Positions 10,695 through 21,788 of a stretch of DNA of 64,000 bases are shown here, piece by piece. A program made the translations under genes and the position numbers. The notes beneath the pieces are model-generated. The model was not told where the DNA came from, made no database searches, and saw only the letters and a program-made list of their open reading frames with translations. The stretch's first letter is position 1; each line of letters opens with the position of its first letter. Origin of the DNA: an uncultured Rickettsiales bacterium. GTDB lineage: Bacteria > Pseudomonadota > Alphaproteobacteria > Rickettsiales > UBA1997. The DNA lies in NCBI GenBank assembly GCA_944392135.1, contig CALXVQ010000004.1, positions 52,604 to 116,603 on the forward strand. The letters run 5' to 3'.

Positions 10695-11933
10695 CTATAA
10701 AATTGTAGCACCATCAAACAAGTTTGTAATATTTTCAATCAAATCTTCATTCTTATCTTTTGTCGGTTCTTCAATTTTATCTTCTTCTTTGTCTCCATTT
10801 TTCAATATTTCATCAAGGGTAGGGAGTCTGCTTCCATAACAAACATTAACTATTATAATATCCATTATTTTTTTAGCATCAAAATTATTTTTAAGTTCCA
10901 TTTCACCTTTTAATAATAATTTCCAAACTCTCATCAAAGAACTTAGATTTATTTTTGAAATAGTGTCCTTAATTATACTTACTTGATCACTAGGCAAATG
11001 TGTAGTTTCAAAAAAATTATTTAAAGTTTTTGCCATTATCATATTGTGATTTACATTAAGTAAATCTTGCATTAAAGCACTAATATCAAGCGAATAAGAA
11101 TAAATATTTTCAAATTGTTGTAAAGCTTTATTAACATTACCTTCTAGCATACTTAAAAATAAATCATAAATATTTTTCTTACTGCTTAAACCCAGCATTT
11201 CAGAAACACTTTTTTCTGTCAAAAGTTTTTCATAATTGTTATGACTTAAAGCTCTGTCTAGTAATGATAAGCTATCTCTTGCAGAACCTTCGGCAAAATT
11301 GGCAAGAATAGATAAAGCTCCATCTTCAACTTCATAACCTTCATTTTTGCATATGTTTGCAATATGATCTTTAATTTCTTCAAAACTCAATCTTCTTAAA
11401 TCAAACCTTTGACATCTAGATAAAATTGTAATAGGAACTTTTCTAATTTCTGTTGTAGCAAAAATAAATTTTACATATGAAGGTGGTTCTTCTAATGTTT
11501 TTAATAAGGCATTAAATGCACTTTTTGAAAGCATATGCACTTCATCTATTATAAATATTTTATATTTTGAACTAATAGGGCCATATGCTGTACTTTCAAT
11601 TATTTGTCTAATATCATCAACACCTGTGTGGCTTGCAGCATCAAACTCAATAACATCTTGATCGCAAGAGTTTGCAATAGATTTGCAATGTTCACACTCT
11701 CCACAAGCATCAATTTCATTTTCTTTTTTATTTAAGCAATTTAGTGATTTAGCAATAAGTCTAGCGGTTGTAGTTTTGCCAATACCTCTAATACCAGTCA
11801 AAATAAAAGCATGGTGTATTTTATTGTTTTTAATTTCATTTGTTAAAGTTTGTACTAATGCAGGTTGACCGACTAATTGTGAAAAATTTTGCGGTCTATA
11901 TTTTCTTGCTAAAACTTGATATTGCTTTTCCAT
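10695..11933 (-). CDS. dnaX: DNA polymerase III gamma/tau subunit (short, 412 aa)
   Basis: YRPQNFSQLVGQ, Walker A GIRGIGKTTTARL, Zn module CGECEHC, IIDEVHMLS, SRCQRF. Confidence 0.9.
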   Translation of the reverse strand: MEKQYQVLARKYRPQNFSQLVGQPALVQTLTNEIKNNKIHHAFILTGIRGIGKTTTARLIAKSLNCLNKKENEIDACGECEHCKSIANSCDQDVIEFDAASHTGVDDIRQIIESTAYGPISSKYKIFIIDEVHMLSKSAFNALLKTLEEPPSYVKFIFATTEIRKVPITILSRCQRFDLRRLSFEEIKDHIANICKNEGYEVEDGALSILANFAEGSARDSLSLLDRALSHNNYEKLLTEKSVSEMLGLSSKKNIYDLFLSMLEGNVNKALQQFENIYSYSLDISALMQDLLNVNHNMIMAKTLNNFFETTHLPSDQVSIIKDTISKINLSSLMRVWKLLLKGEMELKNNFDAKKIMDIIIVNVCYGSRLPTLDEILKNGDKEEDKIEEPTKDKNEDLIENITNLFDGATIL

Positions 11934-11998
11934 TTCTTTAAAATTTAATATTAATATCTAAATTGTATAAATAAAAATCAAAAAGTAAATATAAAAAT

Positions 11999-12027
11999 TT
12001 GACTTTTTGCTAAAAATTAGATATACT
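11999..12027 (+). promoter_or_regulatory. sigma70-like promoter TTGACT-N17-TATACT
   Basis: -35 at 11999-12004 and -10 at 12022-12027, 27 nt before ATG 12054. The same AATTGACTTTTT architecture repeats before the paralog at 12794. Confidence 0.5.
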
Positions 12028-12053
12028 ATTTAATAGTTTTCAAAAAATATATT

Positions 12054-12791
12054 ATGAATAATAAGATAATACTACAACAACTTGAAAAAAAATATAAACA
12101 TATAGATTTTGATAAAACATTCATTTCAATACCTGGTGTTTGTAAAAGTATTACTTTGTCAAAATATATTAAGAAATATTATCACAATACTGATTTTAAG
12201 AATTTTCAAAATTTAAGAATATACTCCCATGGTATGGGTGAAGGGGTAAGAAAATATTTTTCAAATATTCTTGCAAGAAAAAAATTCAATATGCCTACAA
12301 TTTTTTTAGGCTGGAATGGTTTTAGTATGAATAATGCAAAAGAAGCTGGAAAAGAATTATCTTTTTTATTAAATAATGAATTAAAAGTTAATCAAAAAGT
12401 AAAATTAAAATTAGTTAGTTGCTCCATGGGAAATGTTGTATCCGGACAAATATTATCAAACTTGCTTAAAAATAATACTATAAAAGCTGATAATGTTATT
12501 ATGTCTTTATATAGAATAGCAGATACTGGTAGAGTATGTAGTAAAATAACAAGAGTAAAACCGGAAGATATTTTTATTGATATAAAAAAAGAAGATTTAG
12601 AAAAAATAAAAATAATTACTCCAAATATGCAGGCAAGGTTTGATTTTATACATTCAAGTAAAGCTGTTGAAAAATTATATAATAATATTTCTTTAAAAAT
12701 AGATGGTAAAAAATTAAGTTTTCAAGATATTATAAAATTACAAAGAAAGCAAAATGAAGTTGGTATTGTTTCTGCTATTAAGACATTTTAA
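12054..12791 (+). CDS. alpha/beta-hydrolase-like protein, DUF900-like (paralog 1)
   Basis: HG oxyanion-type motif (IYSHGMGEG), FLGWNG, nucleophile-elbow-like VSCSMGNVV (compare HSMGN as I recall it for DUF900), conserved late His (FIHSSKAVEKLY). Clear paralogy with the next gene. Confidence 0.5.
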   Translation: MNNKIILQQLEKKYKHIDFDKTFISIPGVCKSITLSKYIKKYYHNTDFKNFQNLRIYSHGMGEGVRKYFSNILARKKFNMPTIFLGWNGFSMNNAKEAGKELSFLLNNELKVNQKVKLKLVSCSMGNVVSGQILSNLLKNNTIKADNVIMSLYRIADTGRVCSKITRVKPEDIFIDIKKEDLEKIKIITPNMQARFDFIHSSKAVEKLYNNISLKIDGKKLSFQDIIKLQRKQNEVGIVSAIKTF

Positions 12792-12793
12792 AA

Positions 12794-12822
12794 TTGACTT
12801 TTTATATAAAATAATATACAAT
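12794..12822 (+). promoter_or_regulatory. sigma70-like promoter TTGACT-N17-TACAAT
   Basis: -35 at 12794-12799 and -10 at 12817-12822, 28 nt before ATG 12851. Duplicate of the promoter at 11999. Confidence 0.5.
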
Positions 12823-12850
12823 ATATCTATATCACATTAATATATTTTTT

Positions 12851-13791
12851 ATGAAAGAAAATAATGTTAGAAATAATGATGGTAATAATACACAAAATAA
12901 AAAACCATCTTTAAATGAACTTCAAAATAAATATTCTCATATAAATTTTAATAAAACTTTTATTCAAATTCCTGGTAAAACTAAGTTTATATCTTTATCT
13001 GAATATATTAATGACTATTATGACAAAAATGAATTGCAAAAGTATAATTCATTAAATTTATTTTTTCATGGATTTCGTAATGGTTTTACAAAAAGGACTG
13101 CAAAAAAACAAAATTTTGAACAACCAGTAATTGCTCTTGGATGGAATGGATATTCTACTAAAAAAGCAAAAATAGCTGCAACGGAACTTGCTTATTTATT
13201 AAATAATGAATTACCATTTAAAAAGGATTCTAAATTATTTGTATCAAGTGCTTCAACTGGTAATGTTGTAGCTGGTAAGTTTGTGTCAGAAATGTTGTAT
13301 CAAAAAACAACACAACCTAGCAAAATATCAATGTTTTTACAAAAAATAGCAAAAACGAGTTTTTGGAGTAGTTTGCTAGCAAAGGCAAAACCAAAAGAGA
13401 TATTGCAAGATATAAAGACAGAAGATTTAGCTCAAATAAATATCAAAACACCTAATATAGAAAATAATACTGACAAAAATCATTCACAAGAAGCAGTAAA
13501 AGAATTATATGATGATATATCAAAAAGAATATTAGGAAGAGAACTATCTTATAAAGAAATTTATAATATTCAAGATATGCAAAAAAAGTTGGTATTATAC
13601 AAGTGTTGAAAATGGCACAGGAACAAATGAATAATTTATCTAATCAACCACAACAAGGTAATAATCAACAACAAAATCAACAAACACAACAACAAGCCCA
13701 ACAAACAAATATTCAGCAACAAAAACCACAAGTTGTTGAAAGTGCAACTAATTTAGAACAAGTAAGTCAAAATAATAATAGATCAAAATAA
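12851..13791 (+). CDS. alpha/beta-hydrolase-like protein, DUF900-like (paralog 2), interrupted by a 1-nt frameshift in an A7 tract and carrying a Gln-rich tail
   Basis: Tracked as two ORFs (12851..13609 and 13603..13791). The second frame is open from 13567. Shifting frame at A7 (13581-13587) gives ...LSYKEIYNIQDMQKKVGIIQVLKMA..., which aligns with the paralog 1 C-terminus LSFQDIIKLQRKQNEVGIVSAIKTF. Confidence 0.55.
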
Positions 13792-13795
13792 AAAA

Positions 13796-13825
13796 GAGTA
13801 ATTTTTTATTAATTACCCTTTTTGT
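13796..13825. terminator. hairpin plus T-run between convergent genes
   Basis: GAGTAATT-loop-AATTACCC followed by TTTTTG. Confidence 0.45.
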
Positions 13826-13845
13826 TTTATTCTATTAATTATTTA

Positions 13846-14568
13846 TTATAGGAAACTATAAATAATAGAAAATGATATTTGATGTTCTGTAATTTTTTGT
13901 TTTCCACCATTATCTAAACTACCACCATCAAAGCTAACAGTGTTATACATTAATTTTGTAGAAAAATCTGTATCTTTTATATTATAAGATAAACCAAGTC
14001 CATAACCAATAGCACTATCATCTCCATCATCTACTCCATCTAATTCATAAAAGTCAGATAAAGAAGCAGCATCTAATGCTTCAAAAGATGTATTTTTATA
14101 TTTATAGTCTATTTGATAATAACCAATGCCTGCAAATAATGAGAGTCCATTGTTAAAATTATAACCAATATTAATATCAGCTAATCTATTAGATTCAATA
14201 TCTTGTCCTTCTGCTTTTGCTTTATATGAACCAATTGCTCCACATTCACCTTCTGCGATATCTTCTGCATCGCAATATTCAGTTTCAGAAAATAGTGATT
14301 TTGATGCCAATTTTACAACATCATAATTAATATTTGCATTTATAAAAACATTATTAGTAAAATTATATTTATAACCAAAACTAGCTATTGGTGCAAATTT
14401 TTTCTTATCTTCACCATGTTTTTCTTCTGCTTGATAATAATTTGCACCGATACCAATTTGCAAATCACCGTTATCTTTTAAATTTTTAAAAAAATCTTGT
14501 GTATTTGCAAAAGAATTATTTGCAAATAATAAAGACAACATTGTTAGAAATAATGTTTGTTTTTTCAT
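13846..14568 (-). CDS. outer-membrane beta-barrel protein (OmpW/Omp25-like family)
   Basis: Signal peptide MKKQTLFLTMLSLLFANNSFA, alternating aromatic/hydrophilic strands, C-terminal SFSIIYSFL. Confidence 0.6.
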   Translation of the reverse strand: MKKQTLFLTMLSLLFANNSFANTQDFFKNLKDNGDLQIGIGANYYQAEEKHGEDKKKFAPIASFGYKYNFTNNVFINANINYDVVKLASKSLFSETEYCDAEDIAEGECGAIGSYKAKAEGQDIESNRLADINIGYNFNNGLSLFAGIGYYQIDYKYKNTSFEALDAASLSDFYELDGVDDGDDSAIGYGLGLSYNIKDTDFSTKLMYNTVSFDGGSLDNGGKQKITEHQISFSIIYSFL

Positions 14569-14688
14569 ACTTATTCAAAAGTTGTTAATAAAATAATAAT
14601 TAATTTCAAATATATTATATATATAAAAAAACAAAATACAACCTATATTTATTATAAATTGTATTTTGTTTATAATATTAAATTTAAA

Positions 14689-17127
<2,439 letters not shown>

Positions 17128-17272
17128 TTATTATTTATATATAATTATCAACTATTGTATAATCATAAAATTTAATAAATTAATTTCAAGTAAAATTTTA
17201 TACAATAAATTTTTATTGTAAAAAAAAATAATAAGTTTTAGTATTGTAGAGAATAAAATAATTTTAGGAGTT

Positions 17273-18067
17273 ATGAGTAATTTAGATTCTATTCATTTAC
17301 AAGATTTTCCAGATGTATCATCTATTCCAGTTGATACAGAATTAGTTGATGAAATGGATTTAGTTAAAGAAATATGTTCTGTTGCTTTATTTTTAAGAGA
17401 TAAAAAAAATTTAAGAGTTAGATTACCATTAAATCAAATTAAAATCATAAGTAATGATATTGAAAATTTAAAAAAATATCAAGATATTATTGCTGATGAA
17501 ATTAATGTTAAAAATGTTGTATTTGAAGAAGATATTGATAAAGTTGCCACTTATATCATACAAGTTGATCTTAAAAAACTTGGTGCCAAATATGGTGAAA
17601 AATTAAAAGATATAATGAAAGCAGTAAAAGATAATAAATGGAAAAAAGTAGATGAAGATAAAATTGAAGTTGCAGGCATTGTTTTAGAGAAGGATGAATA
17701 TTCTATAAAATTAAAACCAAAAAAAGAAGCTATAAATATTCAAGCTTTATCTAATAATAAAGCTATTATTGAGTTGGATTTAACTCTTACTCCGGAATTA
17801 GAACTTGAAGGATTAGCTAGGGATTTAGTTAGAATTATTCAACAAGATAGAAAAGATGCAAATTTACAACTTTCTGATAGAATTAGCTTGTCATTTAAAA
17901 CATCATCTGCAAAATTGTTGAAAGCTATACAAGATAATCTTGAATATATTAAAAATCAAACATTAGCCAGAGAATTAAAAATTGTTGATAGCATAGCTGA
18001 AGATTTTTCTTTTGGTGATGAGATTAATGGTGAATTTATAAATATTGGTTTTAGTATTTTTAAATAA
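17273..18067 (+). CDS. ileS: stand-alone C-terminal fragment (264 aa) of type-2 isoleucyl-tRNA synthetase
   Basis: SIHLQDFP..., NLRVRLPL, ADEINVKNV, LGAKYGEKL, ELELEGLARDLVRIIQQDRKDANLQLSDRISL match the C-terminal extension of eukaryote-like IleRS. An in-frame TAG at 17240 closes the frame upstream, and AGGAG lies before the ATG. Confidence 0.8.
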   Translation: MSNLDSIHLQDFPDVSSIPVDTELVDEMDLVKEICSVALFLRDKKNLRVRLPLNQIKIISNDIENLKKYQDIIADEINVKNVVFEEDIDKVATYIIQVDLKKLGAKYGEKLKDIMKAVKDNKWKKVDEDKIEVAGIVLEKDEYSIKLKPKKEAINIQALSNNKAIIELDLTLTPELELEGLARDLVRIIQQDRKDANLQLSDRISLSFKTSSAKLLKAIQDNLEYIKNQTLARELKIVDSIAEDFSFGDEINGEFINIGFSIFK

Positions 18068-18106
18068 TTTTATATTTTAATTTTATTAATAAAAATAGGA
18101 GTGAAG

Positions 18107-18748
18107 ATGAGAAAAAGCTATTTAATATTAAGTTTAGTATTAACATTATTAGTATCTTGTGCTACTGATCCATATACAGGACAAAGCAAAGTTTCAAATA
18201 CAGCAAAAGGTAGTGTTTTAGGCGCAGCAGGTGGTGCTATTATTGGTGGTATTGCTAATGGTGGCAAAGGTGCATTAATTGGTGCAGCAGCTGGTGGTGT
18301 TGCTGGTGCTGGTGTTGGTGGTTATATGGATTTACAAGCTAAAGCTTTAAGAGAAGAACTTCAAGGTACAGGTGTTAGTGTAAATGTTGAAGGTGAAGAT
18401 ATAGTTTTGGTTATGCCTGGTAATATAACTTTTGGCACAAACTCATATGCTATAAAAGATTCATTTAAACCTGTTTTAACATCTGTTTCAAAAGTATTAA
18501 AAAAATACGACAAAACATATGTTCAAATTGTAGGTTATACAGATAATACTGGTACAGCATCTGTAAATAACACATTATCATATAATAGAGCTAATGCTGT
18601 TGCTAATTATTTAAAAATAAAAGGTGTTAGTGCTAGTAGAATGTTAATTGAAGGTAAAGGTTCTAAAAACCCAATAGCTTCAAATTCAACAGCTTCTGGC
18701 AGAGAAAAAAATAGAAGAGTTGAAATTACATTAGTTCAAGCTGAATAA
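18107..18748 (+). CDS. OmpA-family lipoprotein (glycine-zipper plus OmpA C-terminal peptidoglycan-binding domain)
   Basis: Lipobox LLVSC, Gly-rich GAAGGAIIGGIANGG, then TDNTGTASVNNTLSYNRANAV...NRRVEI. AGGAG lies 5 nt before ATG 18107. Confidence 0.8.
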   Translation: MRKSYLILSLVLTLLVSCATDPYTGQSKVSNTAKGSVLGAAGGAIIGGIANGGKGALIGAAAGGVAGAGVGGYMDLQAKALREELQGTGVSVNVEGEDIVLVMPGNITFGTNSYAIKDSFKPVLTSVSKVLKKYDKTYVQIVGYTDNTGTASVNNTLSYNRANAVANYLKIKGVSASRMLIEGKGSKNPIASNSTASGREKNRRVEITLVQAE

Positions 18749-18771
18749 ATTTTTAATATAATTATAAAAGC

Positions 18772-18803
18772 AAAAGGTAATCTATTAAAACGATTACCTT
18801 TTT
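18772..18803. terminator. bidirectional rho-independent terminator
   Basis: AAAAGGTAATC-loop-GATTACCTTTT between the convergent OmpA-like gene and secB. Confidence 0.6.
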
Positions 18804-18828
18804 ATTTGCATCAAAATAATTACAAAAA

Positions 18829-19287
18829 TTATTTTTTTTCTAATGTATCTTTTTTTGCCTCATATAAAGCTTTGAAATTTATAGCATCTAACATTAAAGG
18901 TGGCATTGATGCATCCCTTGTTGTATCTGATATAATTCTTCTAGCATAAGGGAATAATAATGAAGGGCAATAAATAAATAAAATTTCTTTTAATGCTTCT
19001 TCATCTTCTACATCTTTAATATTAAATATACCAGCATAGGTTAATTCAATAACAAACATTTTTTTATTATCGCTATCATAACTAGCTTCTGCATTAATAA
19101 TAAGTTCTACTTCATATAATTCTTCTTGTAATTTTTTAGAATTAATATCAATAGATACTGAAATTTTAGGATTTGGATTTTTTACAGTATAAACTTCTGG
19201 AGCCTTAGGGTTCTCAAAGGACAAATCTTTAATATATTGTCCACTAGTTGTAATTTTAATATTACTTTTTTCTTCTTTATTAGTCAT
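18829..19287 (-). CDS. secB: protein-export chaperone SecB
   Basis: SFENPKAPE, CPSLLFPYARRIISD, PPLMLDAINF. Confidence 0.85.
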   Translation of the reverse strand: MTNKEEKSNIKITTSGQYIKDLSFENPKAPEVYTVKNPNPKISVSIDINSKKLQEELYEVELIINAEASYDSDNKKMFVIELTYAGIFNIKDVEDEEALKEILFIYCPSLLFPYARRIISDTTRDASMPPLMLDAINFKALYEAKKDTLEKK

Positions 19288-19436
19288 GATATATAAAATT
19301 TATTAATATTTAATACAAAAATCTTAAACAATAAATATATATTGTCAAATATAATATAGTATTATTTTTTATTTTTTAAATAGTTGAAAAAATAATTTTT
19401 TGTGTAAATATATTAGTATATAATAATTCTAAAAAA

Positions 19437-20024
19437 ATGTTTAATTTAACACAAGGTGAATGGACTAATTTAATATATAGTATTTTATTATTATCAATGA
19501 TGATTTCTAGTATGTTTATTAGAAGTACAACAGATAATGGCAAAAAATTTAAAAATTTAGCAATATGGCTTGTAATTATATTAGTTGTTGCATTACTTTA
19601 TAATAATAGGTTTTTATTTAAAAATTTTGTACCTTATCAAGCATACGATACTGGTAATAATGAATTAAAAATTACAAAATCAAATGATAATCATTTTTAT
19701 ATTGCTATAAATATTGATAATAAGAAAGTTTTATTTTTAATAGATACAGGAGCTACAACAACCACATTGACATTAAATGATGCTAAAAAGCTTGGTATAG
19801 ATATTGATAGATTAAATTTTAATATTCCACTTAATACAGCTAATGGTGTATCATTTGGAGCAAGTACAGAAGTGTATAATATAAAAATAGGTGATTTTAC
19901 AATTGATTCAATGTGGGTAATAGTTAGTAAAGATTTAGATGAAAAATCATTATTAGGTATGAATTTCTTAAATAAACTTAATGGTTATGATATAAGACAG
20001 GATAAAATGACATTATACTACTAA
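19437..20024 (+). CDS. membrane-anchored retropepsin-like aspartic protease (clan AA, Rickettsia APRc type)
   Basis: Two N-terminal TM helices followed by FLIDTGATTTTL (D-T-G catalytic motif) and LLGMNFL. Confidence 0.75.
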   Translation: MFNLTQGEWTNLIYSILLLSMMISSMFIRSTTDNGKKFKNLAIWLVIILVVALLYNNRFLFKNFVPYQAYDTGNNELKITKSNDNHFYIAINIDNKKVLFLIDTGATTTTLTLNDAKKLGIDIDRLNFNIPLNTANGVSFGASTEVYNIKIGDFTIDSMWVIVSKDLDEKSLLGMNFLNKLNGYDIRQDKMTLYY

Positions 20025-20308
20025 AACCACCAAATGGGATGAAAAGTAGTACAATGAGACCTTTATGTAAAGGTGGGCACCGTAATAACGACACAATTAT
20101 CGCAAGTGACAGTTCCCATTGTTTTGAATGTTGCCTCGGGTGTAATTCTAAATCCCTGTCCCATTCGGTAGTAATATAATTTTAAAATATTTTAATATTA
20201 AATTCAAGTATAAAATAAAAATTTCATTAAGTATATTTTTAATATTTGATTGTTATTGTAAAAATATATAAAATATTCTTGTCTTGGTGTTATTTAATAA
20301 ACAATAAT

Positions 20309-20503
20309 GAATTCTTTTTCTTTTCTGTTTTTGTGTTTACTATTAGTGGTTTGTGAATTGTTTCGCGGTTTCACTCCTTGTAATGACGAAAAAAGAGCTG
20401 TCATTGCGAATGTGGAACTGTCATTGCGAGAGTTCGTAGAACTCGTGGCAATCTCGTTTATTCTTGGCTTATCATTGCGAGAACCGAAGGTTTGTGGTAG
20501 TCC
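20309..20503. repeat. GC-rich palindromic repeat cluster A
   Basis: GTCATTGCGA...GTGGCAATC units plus the AATTCTTTTTCTTTTCTGTTTTTGTGTT...GGTTTGTG linker shared with clusters B, C and D. Confidence 0.85.
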
Positions 20504-20550
20504 ATATATAAATAATAATTCTTAATAAAAATATTTACTAATATATAAAA

Positions 20551-20575
20551 AGTCCATCAAGTTATTTGATGGACT
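20551..20575 (-). terminator. rho-independent terminator of the hydrolase gene
   Basis: Perfect 10-bp stem AGTCCATCAA/TTGATGGACT. A T-run follows on the minus strand. Confidence 0.65.
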
Positions 20576-20599
20576 AATTTTTTGATAATTATAATGTAA

Positions 20600-21661
20600 T
20601 TATTCTAAAACTTTACCATATGATGGGAAAAATTCAAATGGTTTGTTTTCAATGAATTTATTACTTGCATCACCAAAATAATAATTACCACCAATTAAAT
20701 TAATATACTTTACCGGTTCTGTTTTAGCGAAATTCAATTTTTTCAAATCAATAGTAAAACCATAATCTTTATATAATGATTGAAAATAGTAAGTTTTATT
20801 TTTATTATCGCTTAGTGTTTTCCATAAAGTAGCTGATTCTTCTTGATTGTTGGAATTTTGAATACCAAGAGGTGATGATATATTATTAGTTAAAGATAAT
20901 ACATAAGATTTAGCTAAATCTAAATTATTTGTTTTTGGTAATTTATTTAAATAATAATAAATTCTTACAAATCTATCACTAGAATTACTAGTTCCTGGTA
21001 ATGATTTTCCTTCCATATTTTCCCAATAATTGTTAATAGCTATTTGACTAGAATATTTAGGTGAATTTGTAGCAACTTTATATTTGTAATGATTGTAAAT
21101 ATGCAATTTTCCATCAGTATATTCAAATACAGCAAAATTTCCTTTTGCATCGGATATTGCGACATGCATGCCTGAACTTTCACCTTTTGGTAAATTAAAA
21201 GGCATTACATATATTGTATCTTTTTTCATAAATTTTATAGCTTCATCAACTGTTGCAAAATTATCTAAAAAATATTGTCCCCATAAAGCTATTCCTAATC
21301 CTTTTCTATCTCCAACTTTATTTTCTGGTACAAATATAGATTCTTTTAATCTTAAAATACTCATTGTGAGTCCTTTTTCATTTATACCATCTATTGTCAT
21401 CATATCATTTACAGTTGAAACAACACTTCCATATTTTGAAGTCCAGGTAATTGAATTAGGGCCAGCAAGTCCATTTCTTTCAATTCCTCTTGGTAATAGC
21501 CATATATTAGTTTCTATAATATTAGCCCAATCCGTTGTTCTTCCTGTTAAAACAATACCTTTACCTGTGTATACAAATTTAGTACAAGCAAAAACATTTG
21601 ATAAAGTTAAAAGACTAACTATTAAAGTTAAGGTAAAAAATTTTATTGATTTATTTTTCAT
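20600..21661 (-). CDS. choloylglycine hydrolase / linear amide C-N hydrolase family (Ntn hydrolase), secreted
   Basis: The signal peptide ends ...SNVFA|CTKFVY, exposing the N-terminal Cys nucleophile. GRTTDW and other family blocks are present. Confidence 0.75.
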   Translation of the reverse strand: MKNKSIKFFTLTLIVSLLTLSNVFACTKFVYTGKGIVLTGRTTDWANIIETNIWLLPRGIERNGLAGPNSITWTSKYGSVVSTVNDMMTIDGINEKGLTMSILRLKESIFVPENKVGDRKGLGIALWGQYFLDNFATVDEAIKFMKKDTIYVMPFNLPKGESSGMHVAISDAKGNFAVFEYTDGKLHIYNHYKYKVATNSPKYSSQIAINNYWENMEGKSLPGTSNSSDRFVRIYYYLNKLPKTNNLDLAKSYVLSLTNNISSPLGIQNSNNQEESATLWKTLSDNKNKTYYFQSLYKDYGFTIDLKKLNFAKTEPVKYINLIGGNYYFGDASNKFIENKPFEFFPSYGKVLE

Positions 21662-21788
21662 ATATTTAGATATTTATTATATGCAACCATTAATATATAA
21701 CAATATTCTAATTAATCAATAAAATCTTTATAAAATTTTTTAAATAAATCTTGATATTTCTATTTAGTTTTTTAATATTAAAAATGAA

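Noticed and set aside
10695-11933. Programmed ribosomal frameshift site in dnaX, as in E. coli gamma/tau
   Set aside because: I found no A AAA AAG-type slippery heptamer with a downstream hairpin, and the ORF simply terminates. This is reported only as a short dnaX.
13603-13791. Stand-alone 62-aa Gln-rich ORF
   Set aside because: It is better explained as the frameshifted C-terminal continuation of the preceding hydrolase paralog. Homology to paralog 1 continues in this frame from 13588.
20021-20040. ACCACCA right after the retropepsin stop, which suggested the 3' end of a tmRNA acceptor piece (alphaproteobacteria have two-piece tmRNA)
   Set aside because: There is no T-arm (GGTTCGA-type) upstream and no complementary 5' acceptor strand. 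No plausible tag reading frame ending in a hydrophobic (L)AA-type terminus lies nearby.
21168-21722. 184-aa plus-strand ORF. Similar long antisense ORFs lie at 27177..27518, 43652..44146, 51684..52040, 34730..35023, 24036..24338 and 56312..56608.
   Set aside because: Each lies entirely within, and opposite to, a gene with strong family motifs. None has a family signature or a ribosome-binding site.
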